Assembly (NCBI GenBank): GCA_963699755.1
Contig: CAVOVB010000006.1
Span: 64,001-128,000 of the forward strand
From: an uncultured delta proteobacterium
Lineage (GTDB): Bacteria; Myxococcota_A; Polyangia; Polyangiales; Houyiibacteriaceae
Direction of reading: 5' to 3'
DNA: 64,000 nucleotides
The notes under the pieces: generated by a model
Seen by the model: the letters and a program-made list of their open reading frames with translations, nothing else
Told to the model about the DNA's origin: nothing
Database searches by the model: none
Program-made: the position numbers and the translations under genes
Part shown: positions 42,457-55,223 of the stretch, piece by piece
Numbering within the stretch: the stretch's first letter is position 1
Layout: each line of letters starts with the position of its first letter

Positions 42457-43407
42457 CTACTCGCCACGGAGTGAGTGCAACGCCTGCTGGAAATCCTCGG
42501 GAGGCTCGGTCTCGAAGCGCATAGGCTCGCCACTGATCGGATGGGCGAAGGCAAGCACGGCAGCGTGAAGCGCTTGGCGGCCCAACTCGGCCGACACCCC
42601 ACGTAGCTTCGGGTCAGCGATCGACCGTCCGTAAAGCGGATCGCCGAGAACCGGATGTCCGTGCTCGGCGAGATGTAGCCGAATCTGATGAGTGCGCCCT
42701 GTCTCGAGACGGCAACGAACCAAGGCGCTTCCGTGCAAAAGCTCGATCAATTCTAGATTTGTCACCGCTCTGCGACCCCGGTCGCCGCGCGAGGTAAACT
42801 TCTTTCGATTCGCCGGGTGTCGCCCATGGAACGTGTCGTAGCGGATTGCCGCGGGCGGTCTCCCGAGCGCGATCGCCAGATAAGCCCGCTCCAGGCTGTG
42901 CTGCTGAAACATCTCGACCAGTCGTTCATGGGCCTGGGCGCTTTTCGCGACGACCATCACGCCACTGGTGTCCTTGTCGAGTCGATGGACGATGCCGGGA
43001 CGCAGCGGGTCTGCGCCGCCCTGCACCTTGGCGTGATGCAGCAGAGCGTTGACCAAGGTGCCATCCGGATGGCCGGGAGCGGGGTGCACCACCAGGCCAG
43101 CGGGCTTGTCGAGGACGACCAGATGCTCATCCTCGAACAGTACCCCGAGCGGAATCGCCTGGGGTTCGGCGCTCAGCGCCTCCGGCGGGGCAGGGTGAAT
43201 CAAGACCTCGGCCCCCTCCACCGCCTTGGTCTTCCGCGAGACGACCTCGCCGGCTTGCTCGACCCTCCCCTGCTCGATCCAGCGTTGCAACGCGCTTCGC
43301 GAAAACTCCGGGCAGCGACGAGCCAGGACGCGATCGATCCGCTCCCCCGCGTCGTCCTCGGAGAGCGTGATCGTGAGCACCGTCGGCGTAGGCGCCGATT
43401 CCGACAT
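42457..43407 (-). CDS. rluD: RluA/RluD-family pseudouridine synthase with S4 domain
   Basis: S4 region ERIDRVL..SRS; KPAGLVVHP, GIVHRLDKDTSG, GRTHQIR, GDPLYG, QALHA. Confidence 0.9.
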   Translation of the reverse strand: MSESAPTPTVLTITLSEDDAGERIDRVLARRCPEFSRSALQRWIEQGRVEQAGEVVSRKTKAVEGAEVLIHPAPPEALSAEPQAIPLGVLFEDEHLVVLDKPAGLVVHPAPGHPDGTLVNALLHHAKVQGGADPLRPGIVHRLDKDTSGVMVVAKSAQAHERLVEMFQQHSLERAYLAIALGRPPAAIRYDTFHGRHPANRKKFTSRGDRGRRAVTNLELIELLHGSALVRCRLETGRTHQIRLHLAEHGHPVLGDPLYGRSIADPKLRGVSAELGRQALHAAVLAFAHPISGEPMRFETEPPEDFQQALHSLRGE

Positions 43408-43410
43408 CTC

Positions 43411-44058
43411 TTATTTGAGTCTCTCGATGAGCTGATGGGCGTTGGTCTGCATGTCGATGTTGCGGAAGACGCAGATGCCCAGCTCGGGATCGAGGCTGTT
43501 GCAGTGTTCGGCGATTTTCGCGACCGACGCCTCATCGTAGCGCGACCGATGACCCGCCGGCCCCGGAAGGCGGAGATAGACCATCTTCGCTGTTGGGGGC
43601 GGGTCGTCGCTGAGTGGGTCGTAGGCGGCAATCGCAGGCCGGTCGCCGCAGGCGGCAGCGATGTCGCTTGGCTTCCAGGCCTCGAAATCGAAGACGACCG
43701 GAGGCATGTTCGACGGAAGAAAACCTAAAAACGCTCGAAGAGCGGCTCGGTTCGCCTTGCCATGCTTGAATGTTTCGTCCGCGTGAAAAACGATCGCCTT
43801 CGCGTTGAGGTCGCTGGCCAGAGCCGCCACGTCCTCGCAGGTCGCCTTGTTCTCTTTGGTGCGCCGGAAGCCGGATTCGCTCACCGATGCAGGCGCCACG
43901 ACGGTGAACAGAAAGCCTTCGGGGGCTTCTCGAATCCAGCGCCGCACCGTACCGGCGCCTGGAATGGCGATCTCGGTGTCTGAGATTTCCACCGCATCAA
44001 ACTCCCGCCAGTATCGGCTGACCGGCACGGGGAAACCGGAGCACGCGACCACAAACAT
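43411..44058 (-). CDS. DUF72 domain protein
   Basis: VACSGF..Y...FDAVEI..T, W...P.GF.F.V.A, YLRLPG...Y, VFRN. Confidence 0.75.
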   Translation of the reverse strand: MFVVACSGFPVPVSRYWREFDAVEISDTEIAIPGAGTVRRWIREAPEGFLFTVVAPASVSESGFRRTKENKATCEDVAALASDLNAKAIVFHADETFKHGKANRAALRAFLGFLPSNMPPVVFDFEAWKPSDIAAACGDRPAIAAYDPLSDDPPPTAKMVYLRLPGPAGHRSRYDEASVAKIAEHCNSLDPELGICVFRNIDMQTNAHQLIERLK

Positions 44059-44157
44059 TGCGCGTGAGTATACAAGCTTTGGCGCAGAAGGCCCGGGCTG
44101 ACTCCGTCATTGCCGGGAATTCATGCATTTCGCTGCGGCTCTGATAGGATCTCCGCC

Positions 44158-45537
44158 GTGTCTGATTTCGGCTTCGACGCCTATGCGCTCGACGATCTGG
44201 ATACCTCCGGGCAGCCGCATCCGTTGGAGATCGCACGCGATCTGATCGCGAGCGGCAAAGCGCGAGCGGCCCTCGATCTCCTGAGCGCTCACCACGCTCA
44301 GCTGAGGGACGACCCCGAGTACCTGCTACTCTGTTCGGCGGCCTGGTGGGCGGATGGCGACACGCTCCGCGCGCAGCAGGCGTTGCAGGGAGCCGCTCGC
44401 GTCGCCCCCGACGATCCGAGACCCCTCCAAGGGCTCGGCGAGCTCTTGGCTGAGCGGGGCGAACACGACAGGGCCGAACGGCTGTTTGCGAAGGCCCGAG
44501 CGCTCGAGGTCCAGGCGATCGAGAGCGAGGGGACGCTCCGTGAAATGGGACCCGACGCGGAAGAGGATTTGATCGCTTTCGCGGAGAGGCGAGAGCGAAA
44601 GACGCACAAGGCACTCACACCGCGTCAGGCCTTGCTCGGCACGGTGGCCCTCTCGGTGCTTGCACTTCTGGTCGCGGGCATCGTCTTCCTCACGTCTCCG
44701 CGGGAAGCGACTTCGCCGCCAAGGGGCGTCTCCCATTCTCAGACGGCGACCCTTGTCGACGAACCTCCCGCTTCGGAGCTCGCTGAGGAGCCCGAGGCGC
44801 CGCCGCCGATCGCCGCAGTGGAGCAGATCGAAGCGCCCGCGGAGGTCGCCGAGCCCGAGAACCTCGTGGCGGCAGAGATCCGCACGCCCGAGGAGACCGA
44901 GCCTCCGAAGCCCAGGACATGGGCACGCAAATCGGCTTCGGCGGCCCCATCGCGAGAAGCAAAGCACGCTCCACGTACCCCGGCTCCCGCGGGGGCGTCG
45001 CGCCAAGCGGCCGCGTCTGAGCCCGATCCGCCTCCGAGCGACGCCGTCGTTCAATCGGAGCTGGCCTCGATGGATCCCCAGCAGCTCACGCTTCGTGCCG
45101 ACGAGCTCTATGCTCGGGGGCACTCGAGCTTGGCCGCAGGCTACTACCGGCGCGCTCTCGAGATCGATCCCGATTACGCGCCCGCCCTCGTGGGCGTGGG
45201 CCGGGGTATCCTGCGCGCCAAGAAATACTCCGATGCGATGGAGAACGCGACCCGTGCGTTGCAGCTCGCTCGTGGTGTCGACGCGCGTCCTGGACTCGAA
45301 GCCGCAGCGATCTATCAGATGGGCCGGGTCCACTATGAGCGGCGGGAGATGGATGCAGCGCGTCGTTTGTTCCGGCAGTCGATTTCCCTGCCCGCTGCGC
45401 CTGCGGAGGCCTGGTTCTACCTCGGCGAGGCGCTTTCGAGCGAGAACAGCCCTGCGGCTCGACAAGCCTACGAGAAGTATCTGGAGCTCGTTCCGACGGG
45501 CTCCTTGTCAGATCGGGCCCGTCGAGCAATTCGGTAG
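44158..45537 (+). CDS. Membrane-anchored TPR protein
   Basis: N-terminal TPR-like helices, central TM, Pro/Ala/Glu-rich linker, C-terminal TPRs (YRRALEIDPDYAPA, AWFYLG, YEKYLEL). Confidence 0.75.
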   Translation: MSDFGFDAYALDDLDTSGQPHPLEIARDLIASGKARAALDLLSAHHAQLRDDPEYLLLCSAAWWADGDTLRAQQALQGAARVAPDDPRPLQGLGELLAERGEHDRAERLFAKARALEVQAIESEGTLREMGPDAEEDLIAFAERRERKTHKALTPRQALLGTVALSVLALLVAGIVFLTSPREATSPPRGVSHSQTATLVDEPPASELAEEPEAPPPIAAVEQIEAPAEVAEPENLVAAEIRTPEETEPPKPRTWARKSASAAPSREAKHAPRTPAPAGASRQAAASEPDPPPSDAVVQSELASMDPQQLTLRADELYARGHSSLAAGYYRRALEIDPDYAPALVGVGRGILRAKKYSDAMENATRALQLARGVDARPGLEAAAIYQMGRVHYERREMDAARRLFRQSISLPAAPAEAWFYLGEALSSENSPAARQAYEKYLELVPTGSLSDRARRAIR

Positions 45538-45549
45538 TATGCTCAGCCG

Positions 45550-45870
45550 ATGCCCAAGAAATCGCATGACCGCCGCCAGGCGCGCAAAGAGCGGGCCAAA
45601 GAGGCGAAAGAAGCCAAGCGAGCAGCGGAAGCACGCGAGCAGCAGCGTCGCCGTTTGCAAATGCGTGTTTCGGCGGCCGTCGCCGTAATGACGCTGGCAG
45701 TTGCTGGCCTTTGCTACTGGGTCTTCGACAATCGACAACTGATGGGCATCACGCTCCTCGTCGGAGGGGTGTTGTTCCTGGTACTCGCGCTCGGGACCTT
45801 GGCCGCGGGTGTGCAGCCACGTGATCGGACGCGTGCAGGCTCCATCGACTACGGCAACCGTGACAGATGA
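45550..45870 (+). CDS. Small two-TM hypothetical protein
   Basis: Basic coiled N-terminus plus two TM helices; TATGCT -10 box 6 nt upstream. Confidence 0.7.
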   Translation: MPKKSHDRRQARKERAKEAKEAKRAAEAREQQRRRLQMRVSAAVAVMTLAVAGLCYWVFDNRQLMGITLLVGGVLFLVLALGTLAAGVQPRDRTRAGSIDYGNRDR

Positions 45871-46396
45871 GACTTCCGTGGACGACGTGCAATCCGAGCG
45901 CTGGGAAGCCGTCGAAGAAGGCATGGAGCTCTTGCATGCGGGGGAGACGGATCTGGCGATCGACGAGCTCTTGCGCGTTGCGCGCAATGATCCCCACAAT
46001 GAGTATGCCTTCAACTTCCTGGGTCATGCCTATTTCGACAAGGAAGCCTATCCGGAGGCGCTCAAGAGTTACGTCGAAGCACTACGCCTGGCGCCAGATT
46101 ACGTCGGCGCCATGCTAGGCGCCGGGCAGACGCTTCGGATGATGGGCGAATACGACCGCGCGATCCGGATGGGTCAGCGCGTCCTTCAATGCCGGGAAGA
46201 CGACGGTGACGGCTTGTTCCTCGTGGGCGCAGCGCACTTCCAAAAAGGCGAGAATCAAGCTGCGAAGCGCTACCTCGAGCGCTTTCTAAGGACCAGCCCC
46301 GAGCTGGAAGTTGCCCTGGAAGTCGAAGGTATGCTGCAGGTCATCCGCGGTGAGGTCTTGCCTTTTCCAGGCGCGGAGGACACGGTAGAGAACTAG
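45860..46396 (+). CDS. TPR protein
   Basis: AFNFLGHAY, ALRLAPDY, repeated TPR-type helices; GTG start overlaps the upstream gene. Confidence 0.8.
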   Translation: MTDETSVDDVQSERWEAVEEGMELLHAGETDLAIDELLRVARNDPHNEYAFNFLGHAYFDKEAYPEALKSYVEALRLAPDYVGAMLGAGQTLRMMGEYDRAIRMGQRVLQCREDDGDGLFLVGAAHFQKGENQAAKRYLERFLRTSPELEVALEVEGMLQVIRGEVLPFPGAEDTVEN

Positions 46397-46408
46397 CAGG
46401 AGGTAGCC

Positions 46409-48121
<1,713 letters not shown>

Positions 48122-48176
48122 GTCGGCCAGAGCTCGACCTAGCGCGAGCTTCCGAGCAGCGTAGGGTTTCCGAGGC

Positions 48177-48199
48177 CTGCGGCTGGGGTTCAGCCGCAG
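48177..48199. terminator. Perfect 9-bp stem-loop between convergent genes (possible terminator)
   Basis: CTGCGGCTG-GGGTT-CAGCCGCAG; no clear U tract. Confidence 0.4.
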
Positions 48200-48244
48200 T
48201 GTAGCACCAGCGCCAGTTGCTCCGCCCGCAGGTGACAGTGCGGA

Positions 48245-48697
48245 TCAGGACCCAGTCATCCGGAGCCACATCGCGACTAGCATTGCGGCGACCATCAGGG
48301 CGAGGGCCAAGGTGCCGACGGTGTCTTCGACTCGCTTTCGGCGCTCGCGGTCGTCGCGCCGACCAGGGGCCGCTGGCTCGCGAACCGCCGCCTCTGACGG
48401 CAGGGGAGCAGGCGGCGGTAGCGGCCGATCAAGGATCGGATCGGGGAGGGTGGGAGCTGCATTGACCACTTCGCTCCACTGCACTTGGCGTGGCCGCCGC
48501 CTGTGGACAACGTTACCACCATCCACCTCGCCGATGTCACCAGGATCGGGCGCCGCGGGCCTGACCACACGCACCACCTTGGTTGTGGTTTCTCTGCGCT
48601 TTTTCCGGAAATGACTCGGTCGGCGTCTTGCCTTTCCGGGGAGCTCCGGTTTGTCTTCGGGGTGCGGCACGGGTCTTTGTCTCTCCACCGCCCCCAT
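48245..48697 (-). CDS. Hypothetical Arg/Pro-rich protein with C-terminal TM
   Basis: Fills the gap between neighbours; TATACT box upstream; C-terminal hydrophobic helix. Confidence 0.55.
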   Translation of the reverse strand: MGAVERQRPVPHPEDKPELPGKARRRPSHFRKKRRETTTKVVRVVRPAAPDPGDIGEVDGGNVVHRRRPRQVQWSEVVNAAPTLPDPILDRPLPPPAPLPSEAAVREPAAPGRRDDRERRKRVEDTVGTLALALMVAAMLVAMWLRMTGS

Positions 48698-48781
48698 CGG
48701 CTTCGCTTCCGAGTATACCGTTCAATTGTTCAGTGTCATCGGGGAGCTCGACTTTTCGAGACTTTGCTTACAATTCGGCGC

Positions 48782-49492
48782 ATGGACTGGACCGACGCAG
48801 CAGAGTTGATCGATGGCGACCTCAAGGGTCCTTTGGTGTTCACCTGCGAGCACGCGTCCGCGGAGCTTCCCGATCCTTGGATCTGGCCAGGCGAAGATCG
48901 CTGGCTCGTCGAGACGCACTGGGCGAGCGACATCGGTGCCGCCGCCTTCACGCGAAGAGTTGCCGCGCGCACGAACGCGCCAGCGGTGCTCTCGCGCTTC
49001 TCGCGGCTTCTGATCGATCCAAACAGGCCGCTCGAGTCCGATACCTTGTTTCGGGAGAACGCCGAGGGCAGAACGGTCCACTTGAACGAAGCCCTGCTCG
49101 AGGCAGAGCGAGCGCGCCGAATCGATCGTTTCTATCACCCCTATCACGCAGCGGTCAGCTCGATCGTGGAGGAGAGCGCCTGCGACACCGTGTTCTCCAT
49201 CCACACTTTCACCGACGACTATGAAGGTGAGAAGAGGGTCTTGGAGATTGGTGTCTTGTTCGATGAGGACGAGGAGCTCGCGTACAGACTCGTGCGCCAC
49301 CTCGCGGATGCAGGTTTTCAGGTTGCGCCGAACGAGCCCTGGTCTGGCAAGCTCGGCCTCGCGTATTCGCCAGTGCGCCATGCCCAGGAATTTGGACGTT
49401 GTGCGCTCGAAATCGAGGCGCGCCAAGACCTGATCGTCGAGGAGTCGTTCGCAGCTCGGCTTGCGGAAGCGCTTGCGAGCTTCTTCGCCTAG
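48782..49492 (+). CDS. N-formylglutamate amidohydrolase family protein
   Basis: TCEHAS, H..SDIGA, SRLLIDPNR, PYH, SIHTFT, NEPW, EIEARQDL. Confidence 0.88.
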   Translation: MDWTDAAELIDGDLKGPLVFTCEHASAELPDPWIWPGEDRWLVETHWASDIGAAAFTRRVAARTNAPAVLSRFSRLLIDPNRPLESDTLFRENAEGRTVHLNEALLEAERARRIDRFYHPYHAAVSSIVEESACDTVFSIHTFTDDYEGEKRVLEIGVLFDEDEELAYRLVRHLADAGFQVAPNEPWSGKLGLAYSPVRHAQEFGRCALEIEARQDLIVEESFAARLAEALASFFA

Positions 49493-49502
49493 GCTTGGCT
49501 TC

Positions 49503-50357
49503 GTGCGCCGACTTCGCTCCGAACAGACTGGGCTCTCGTACCTCTCGACAGGGGCGGACAACGCTCCCTTGGTCCTGTGCCTGCACGGCTTTCCCGACAT
49601 TCCGCGAACCTGGGCGCCCTTGACAGAAAGCCTCCGCGGCGCCGGCTACCGTGTCGTGAGCCCCTGGTTGCCAGGCTACGCCCCCTCGTCCCTCGAAGGC
49701 CCTTACGACATTCCGGCGCTGGCCCAGACCATCCTTTCGCTCGCCGACGAGCTCTCGCCCGCGGAGCCCATTCGGGTCGTTGGTCATGATTGGGGTTCGA
49801 TCATCACGCAGTGCGCGACGGCGCTTCGACCTGAGCGTTTCCGCGCTGCGGCGATACTCGCCGTTCCTCATATGCTCGCGATCGAAACCAACATTCAGCG
49901 CTACCCCCGCCAGCTTGGGCGAAGCGCCTACATGGGTTTGTTCCAACTGCCCGTACTCTCCGACAGCATAGTGAGGCTCCGCAACTTTGGCTTCATCGAG
50001 CGCCTCTGGGAAGCCTGGTCTCCGGGCTACCATCCCGGGGTCGACTATTTCGAGGAGCTCAGAGTTTGCCTGCGTTCCAGTATGCCGGCCCCGCTGAGAT
50101 ACTACCGTGCGATGCGCTCACCGAAGGTGATTCGCGAGGTTCGAGAGGTCGTAGGTAAGAGTCCCATCGTCGTCCCGACGATCTACCTGCACGGCGAGCG
50201 CGACGGTTGCATCGGTCCAGAGATGCTCGAGGGACAGGAGAAGTACTTCAGCGCGCTGTTCGAACTGGTCAAGCTCGCGGATGCAGGGCACTTCTTGCAC
50301 CTGGAGCGTCCTGCGGAGGTGAGCGCGGCGATTCTTCGCTGGTTTGAGGGGCACTAG
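49503..50357 (+). CDS. Alpha/beta hydrolase (epoxide hydrolase-like)
   Basis: LHGFPD, GHDWG (Asp nucleophile), GERDGC, AGHFLHLE; start codon uncertain. Confidence 0.85.
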   Translation: MRRLRSEQTGLSYLSTGADNAPLVLCLHGFPDIPRTWAPLTESLRGAGYRVVSPWLPGYAPSSLEGPYDIPALAQTILSLADELSPAEPIRVVGHDWGSIITQCATALRPERFRAAAILAVPHMLAIETNIQRYPRQLGRSAYMGLFQLPVLSDSIVRLRNFGFIERLWEAWSPGYHPGVDYFEELRVCLRSSMPAPLRYYRAMRSPKVIREVREVVGKSPIVVPTIYLHGERDGCIGPEMLEGQEKYFSALFELVKLADAGHFLHLERPAEVSAAILRWFEGH

Positions 50358-50375
50358 CGGCGCCCGCGCCAATGC

Positions 50376-51785
50376 CTAGACGCCCACCAGCGGCAGCTGC
50401 CGGCGCAGGGCTACATTGTCCGTGACCGGAATCGGGTAGCGGCCGCTGAAGCAGGCGCTGCAGAAACCTTCTCCGCCGACCGCGCGTTTCAAGCCGTCTA
50501 GTGAAAGGTAGCCGAGGCTATCGGCGGTGACGTAGTCGTTGACTTCGGCAACGGAGTTGTGCGCGGCGATCAACTCTTCACGCGTGGGTGTATCGATTCC
50601 ATAGAAGCATGGCCAGATGGTCGGCGGAGAGCTGATCCGGAGGTGTACTTCCGTGGCACCCGCGTCCCGAATCATCTTCACGATCTTGCGGCTGGTCGTG
50701 CCGCGAACGATCGAATCGTCGATGACGACGACGCGCTTCCCTTCGAGCAGGCTCTGCACCGGGTGCAACTTCAGTCGCACCCCGAAGTGTCGAATCGATT
50801 GTGCGGGCTCGATGAAGGTGCGGCCGACATAGTGGCTTCGGATCAGGCCGAGCTCGAAGGGGAGACCGGCGGCTTCCGCATATCCGAGCGCCGCCGCCAC
50901 ACCGCTATCGGGCACGGGCACGACCATGTCCGCTTCGACCGGTTGGTCTTCCCACAGAGCACGACCCATGCGCTTGCGCGCGTCGTAGACGCTGATCCCG
51001 TCGAACGAAGCGTCGGGCCGAGCGAAATAGACGTACTCGAAGATGCACATGTATCGCCGCTCGGCGCTCGTTCGAAAGGGCCGGAGGGTGTGGAGGCCCG
51101 ACGCGTTGACGACGACCATCTCACCGGGTTCGATGTCGCGGAGGAACTTGGCGCCGATGAGTTGAAATGCGGGTGGCTCCGAAGCGATGAGGTATGCACC
51201 GTCGAGCTGTCCGAGGCACAAGGGACGAAAGCCATAGGGGTCGCGGACCCCCACGAGCTCGTCGGGCGAGAGAAAGACCAGTGAGTAGGCGCCCTCGACC
51301 TGATGCAGAGCATCGGCGACGCGGTCGATCATCGTTTCGGCTTTGGAGCGCGCGATGAGGTGTACTAGAACTTCCGTGTCGCTGTCCGACGAAAAGATCG
51401 ATCCGTCCTTTTCGAGCTGGTGACGAAGCGCCAAGCCGTTCGTCAGATTGCCGTTGTGGGCGACGGCGATCGAACCGTGGCCGCAATCGACGGCTAGCGG
51501 TTGCGCGTTCTTGATGTGACTGCCGCCCGCGGTGGTGTAGCGCACGTGACCGATGGCGCTGCTGCCGGGCAGCTTGTCGATTTGATCGGCCGTGAAGACG
51601 TCCTGAACGAGGCCCATTCCGCGGTGCACGAAAAGCTGCTTGCCGTTGCTCGAAACGATGCCAGCGGCTTCCTGCCCTCGATGCTGCAAGGAGTGCAGGC
51701 CGAGGTAGGCCAAATTCGAAGCTTGATCGGCCCCGAACACTCCAAACACACCGCATTGATCATGGAAATGATCGTCGTCCACCAT
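50376..51785 (-). CDS. purF: Amidophosphoribosyltransferase
   Basis: Propeptide then [46 protein letters not shown]. Confidence 0.97.
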   Translation of the reverse strand: MVDDDHFHDQCGVFGVFGADQASNLAYLGLHSLQHRGQEAAGIVSSNGKQLFVHRGMGLVQDVFTADQIDKLPGSSAIGHVRYTTAGGSHIKNAQPLAVDCGHGSIAVAHNGNLTNGLALRHQLEKDGSIFSSDSDTEVLVHLIARSKAETMIDRVADALHQVEGAYSLVFLSPDELVGVRDPYGFRPLCLGQLDGAYLIASEPPAFQLIGAKFLRDIEPGEMVVVNASGLHTLRPFRTSAERRYMCIFEYVYFARPDASFDGISVYDARKRMGRALWEDQPVEADMVVPVPDSGVAAALGYAEAAGLPFELGLIRSHYVGRTFIEPAQSIRHFGVRLKLHPVQSLLEGKRVVVIDDSIVRGTTSRKIVKMIRDAGATEVHLRISSPPTIWPCFYGIDTPTREELIAAHNSVAEVNDYVTADSLGYLSLDGLKRAVGGEGFCSACFSGRYPIPVTDNVALRRQLPLVGV

Positions 51786-51877
51786 CGGCACCGCGGTTTC
51801 ATAGCGCCGGGCCCCCCCCACGTCCACGACCCCAGTATGCTCTTCGGCCGAGCCTGCGCTAGAACGAGCTGAGCGAA

Positions 51878-54511
51878 ATGCCAAGGGTATTGAAGCGAAT
51901 CGAATCGGTCGTTCCCCGGAAGGCTTCTGGCTATGGTGGGAAGTCCCGCGGCCTGGCAGCGCTTGCTCGGGCCGGCTTTCCCGTTCCGGCAGCCTATGCG
52001 ATGCCTGGCTGGGTTGCTGATTCCTTCTTTTCGAGCGTGCTCGAGATCGCGGACCGCCCGAGGGCGCTTCTGCGTACACCGCACGTTGCGGACAGCCGCC
52101 TTCCGGCGATCGCCGAGCGCGTACGGGCGGCGACCCTTCCGGAGGACGTCATTCGGAGCGTCGATGATGCGCTGCTCGCAATGCGTGATGAGGGCGCCAC
52201 CGGCTTCGCGGTTCGCTCTTCGGCAATGCACGAGGATCAGGAAGGCGCATCGGCTGCTGGAATGCACCTGACCTTGCTCAACTTGATAAGCGAAGACCAG
52301 GTTCTCGAAGCGATCAAGGCCTGCTGGTCGAGCATCTTCCGCCCGCGCGTGCTCTCGTACCTGCGTACCTTCGGGGAGGAGGTGCCGATTTCGATTGGCG
52401 TCGTGATTCAGGCGATGGTCCCGGCTGAGGTTTCTGGTGTTCTCTTCACTGCCAACCCGCTGACCGGAGATACGGGCGAAGTCGTCATCAATGCCGCATA
52501 CGGATTGGGGTCTTCTGTCGTCGAAGGCCGTGTGACGCCGGACACCTATCGTGTCGACAAAGTTACGGGCCAACTTCGCGATCGGATCATCGGCAACAAG
52601 GCTCAGCGCACCATACTCGATCCCTCGGGAGGTGTGAGCGACGTTTCTGTGGTTCCGGGAGAGCGCGAGGCGCCTGCCCTCAACGAGCAGCAGCTTCTGC
52701 AGTTGACAGAGCTAGGGACCCGAATCGAAAGTCATTTCGGAAGCGCTCGCGACGTCGAGTGGGCGTTTGCGGAGCACGAGCTGTACGTCTTGCAAGCACG
52801 CCCAATCGTCGTTCCCAGCACGCGAAGCCGCCGCGGCTCGAGGCGCGACCGTCCCGTGGACCGTCGAAAAATCGTCTGGAGCAACGCGAACGTCGGCGAG
52901 GCACTTCCCGGCGTTGCCACCCCGTTTACCTGGTCTGTGCTCAGTCAGTTCAGCGACCTAGGCTTCCGCCGGGCGTTTGGCGCCATGGGCTGTACGGTTC
53001 CGCGTGACGCCGAGCTCGTCGGGGACTTCCGCGGACGAATCTACATCAATCTGAGCGAGTTCAGCGCCATCATGTCGCAGATCCCGTGGATCCATCCTTC
53101 GACTCTGGTTCGGCTAGGGGGCGGCCTGTACGCCTCTGAGCTCGACGATGTCGTTGCCGAGCGAAGCTCGAAGGGTTTCTTCATGCGCCTACCGCAAACC
53201 GTTTCGCGATACGCGCGCGAGAACTTTCGCCTCAAAGAGCGCCTAGAAGAATTCGAGAGGTACTTTTCGGAGGAACGCCTGCGGTTCGACGGGATCGATC
53301 CACGCCTTCTCGAGCCAAGCGGACTGGAGCAATTGCTCAGCGACGTCGAGCACCTCTTGGATGAGACGGGTTCGATTATGCTGACCGCCTATGCAAACCT
53401 GCTGACTGCCGTGCTCCTGCTGGTCGGTGTGCTGCGCATGTTTACGCAGAGCCAGGGCTCGGACTTCTATCGTGAGTTGCTCTCCGGCTTGCAGGACGTG
53501 TCCAGTGCGCGTCCTGGGTTCGCGCTGTGGCAAATCGCCCAGCTCGCCCGCGCAGAGCCCGAGCTGGCGGAGCTCATCCGCACAGCCGACCTCACGGCCC
53601 TCAAGGTGGCGGATCTTCCGAGTGGTCCCACCCGGGATGCGCTGAGTCGATTCCTCGAGGACTACGGCTTTCGGGGCATCCGTGAGGCTGAAATCGCAGC
53701 GCCGCGCTGGTCCGAGGACCCAACGCTGATGTTTGCCACGCTGCGCTCGCACCTCTTCAGTCGAGTCGACATGGTGCAACGCGGGCGCGATCTCCAGCTC
53801 GCCCGCGAAGAGGCCGAGGAGAAGCTCAGGAAAAGCGTCCCTTTCCCACTTCGGCCCGCTGTGGCGAAGCTCCTCGAATCCGTGCGGCACTTCACCCGGG
53901 TGCGAGAGGAGTTGCGTGGCCACGTGGTGGAAGTCCTCGGTATGTTCCGGCGAGTGGCCATCGACGCTTCGCGTCGTATCGAAGCCCGCGAGCCCGAAGC
54001 CGGTCCCGATGCTGCGTTCTTTTTGACCCTCGCGGAAGTTCGGCGGGTTCTCTACGATGAAAACGAGCGCGTAGCGATTCGCGTGCAGCGGCGCCGCCTG
54101 GAATACGAACGCAATCAAGCGCTGCCTGAGCCGCCCACGACCTTCGTCGGCTTCCCGCCCGATGGTGAAGGGGTCCTATCGACGGCGAAACGCCTCCGCG
54201 GCTTGGCTGCGAGCCGAGGCGTTGCCGAGGGGAGGGTGCGCGTCCTACACGATTCTGCGCAGGCCGGCAGGTTCGAGCCCGGCGAGGTTCTCGTCGTCGC
54301 GGCGGCGGACACCGGATGGGCACCGTTGTTCTTGGCAGCCTCCGGCGTGGTGACCGAGCTCGGGGGCCCTTTGTCTCACGCTGCGATCATCCTGAGAGAG
54401 TACGCGGTACCTGCGGTGGTCAACGTGGCCAATGCAACGCGCTCGCTCCGCGATGGCGACCTCGTTCGCATCGACGGGGACGCTGGCACCGTGGAGATTA
54501 TCGGTGGTTGA
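51878..54511 (+). CDS. PEP/pyruvate-binding + central helical + swivel phospho-His enzyme (rifampin phosphotransferase/PigC-like architecture)
   Basis: [47 protein letters not shown]-terminal TDxGW-like ADTGW and [14 protein letters not shown]. Confidence 0.85.
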   Translation: MPRVLKRIESVVPRKASGYGGKSRGLAALARAGFPVPAAYAMPGWVADSFFSSVLEIADRPRALLRTPHVADSRLPAIAERVRAATLPEDVIRSVDDALLAMRDEGATGFAVRSSAMHEDQEGASAAGMHLTLLNLISEDQVLEAIKACWSSIFRPRVLSYLRTFGEEVPISIGVVIQAMVPAEVSGVLFTANPLTGDTGEVVINAAYGLGSSVVEGRVTPDTYRVDKVTGQLRDRIIGNKAQRTILDPSGGVSDVSVVPGEREAPALNEQQLLQLTELGTRIESHFGSARDVEWAFAEHELYVLQARPIVVPSTRSRRGSRRDRPVDRRKIVWSNANVGEALPGVATPFTWSVLSQFSDLGFRRAFGAMGCTVPRDAELVGDFRGRIYINLSEFSAIMSQIPWIHPSTLVRLGGGLYASELDDVVAERSSKGFFMRLPQTVSRYARENFRLKERLEEFERYFSEERLRFDGIDPRLLEPSGLEQLLSDVEHLLDETGSIMLTAYANLLTAVLLLVGVLRMFTQSQGSDFYRELLSGLQDVSSARPGFALWQIAQLARAEPELAELIRTADLTALKVADLPSGPTRDALSRFLEDYGFRGIREAEIAAPRWSEDPTLMFATLRSHLFSRVDMVQRGRDLQLAREEAEEKLRKSVPFPLRPAVAKLLESVRHFTRVREELRGHVVEVLGMFRRVAIDASRRIEAREPEAGPDAAFFLTLAEVRRVLYDENERVAIRVQRRRLEYERNQALPEPPTTFVGFPPDGEGVLSTAKRLRGLAASRGVAEGRVRVLHDSAQAGRFEPGEVLVVAAADTGWAPLFLAASGVVTELGGPLSHAAIILREYAVPAVVNVANATRSLRDGDLVRIDGDAGTVEIIGG

Positions 54512-55223
54512 GGCCAGGAGCGACGAACCAGAGGTCATCCACCGCGATGACCAATTGCTTATCGTGAACAAGCCTCCAGGCCTTCCAACGACTGCCCCGA
54601 GCGCCGACGAACCGTCCCTCGTTCGGTGGGTATCTGAACGCGTCGCGGTCCTCCGGCCTCACCCCACATCGCGCCTCGATGCCCAAGTGAGCGGCTTGGT
54701 CACATTCGCGCTCACGCGAGCGGCGAACCGGAAGCTCCTCGACGCACGGCGCGCGGGGACATACGAGCGCGTCTACCTCGGCATCACGCTTTACCAAACG
54801 CCTGCAGAGTTGGGCGAATGGGCGTGGCCGATTTCAATCGATCCAGCAAACCCAAAGCTTCGCGTTGCTGGGGAGGGCCGTGGCGAGCGCGCGGCGTTGA
54901 CCCGGTTCGAAGTGGCGAAGCGAATCCCGACGGCGACGCTTCTACGGATGATGCCGGCGACGGGTCGAACTCACCAGCTTCGCGTGCACGCTGCCCGCTT
55001 CGGCGCTCCGCTCTTCGGCGATCACGCGTACGGAGGAGAGCGGCGCGAGGCCATGCCCTGTGGCACCGTCGTCACGGCACGACGCGTGATGCTTCACTGT
55101 GCGCAACTGAGCTTTCCGTCACCATCTGGCGGCGACCGAATGCAGTTTCAAGCGCCCGCGCGATCGGACATGCGGCGCGCATGGCTCGCCCTCGGTGGGG
55201 CCGCTTCGGACCTTCAGCCGTGA
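54504..55223 (+). CDS. RluA-family pseudouridine synthase (no S4 domain)
   Basis: VNKPPGLPT, SRLDAQVSG (catalytic Asp), TGRTHQLRVH, GDHAYG, MLHC; GTG start overlaps the upstream stop. Confidence 0.8.
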   Translation: MVEARSDEPEVIHRDDQLLIVNKPPGLPTTAPSADEPSLVRWVSERVAVLRPHPTSRLDAQVSGLVTFALTRAANRKLLDARRAGTYERVYLGITLYQTPAELGEWAWPISIDPANPKLRVAGEGRGERAALTRFEVAKRIPTATLLRMMPATGRTHQLRVHAARFGAPLFGDHAYGGERREAMPCGTVVTARRVMLHCAQLSFPSPSGGDRMQFQAPARSDMRRAWLALGGAASDLQP

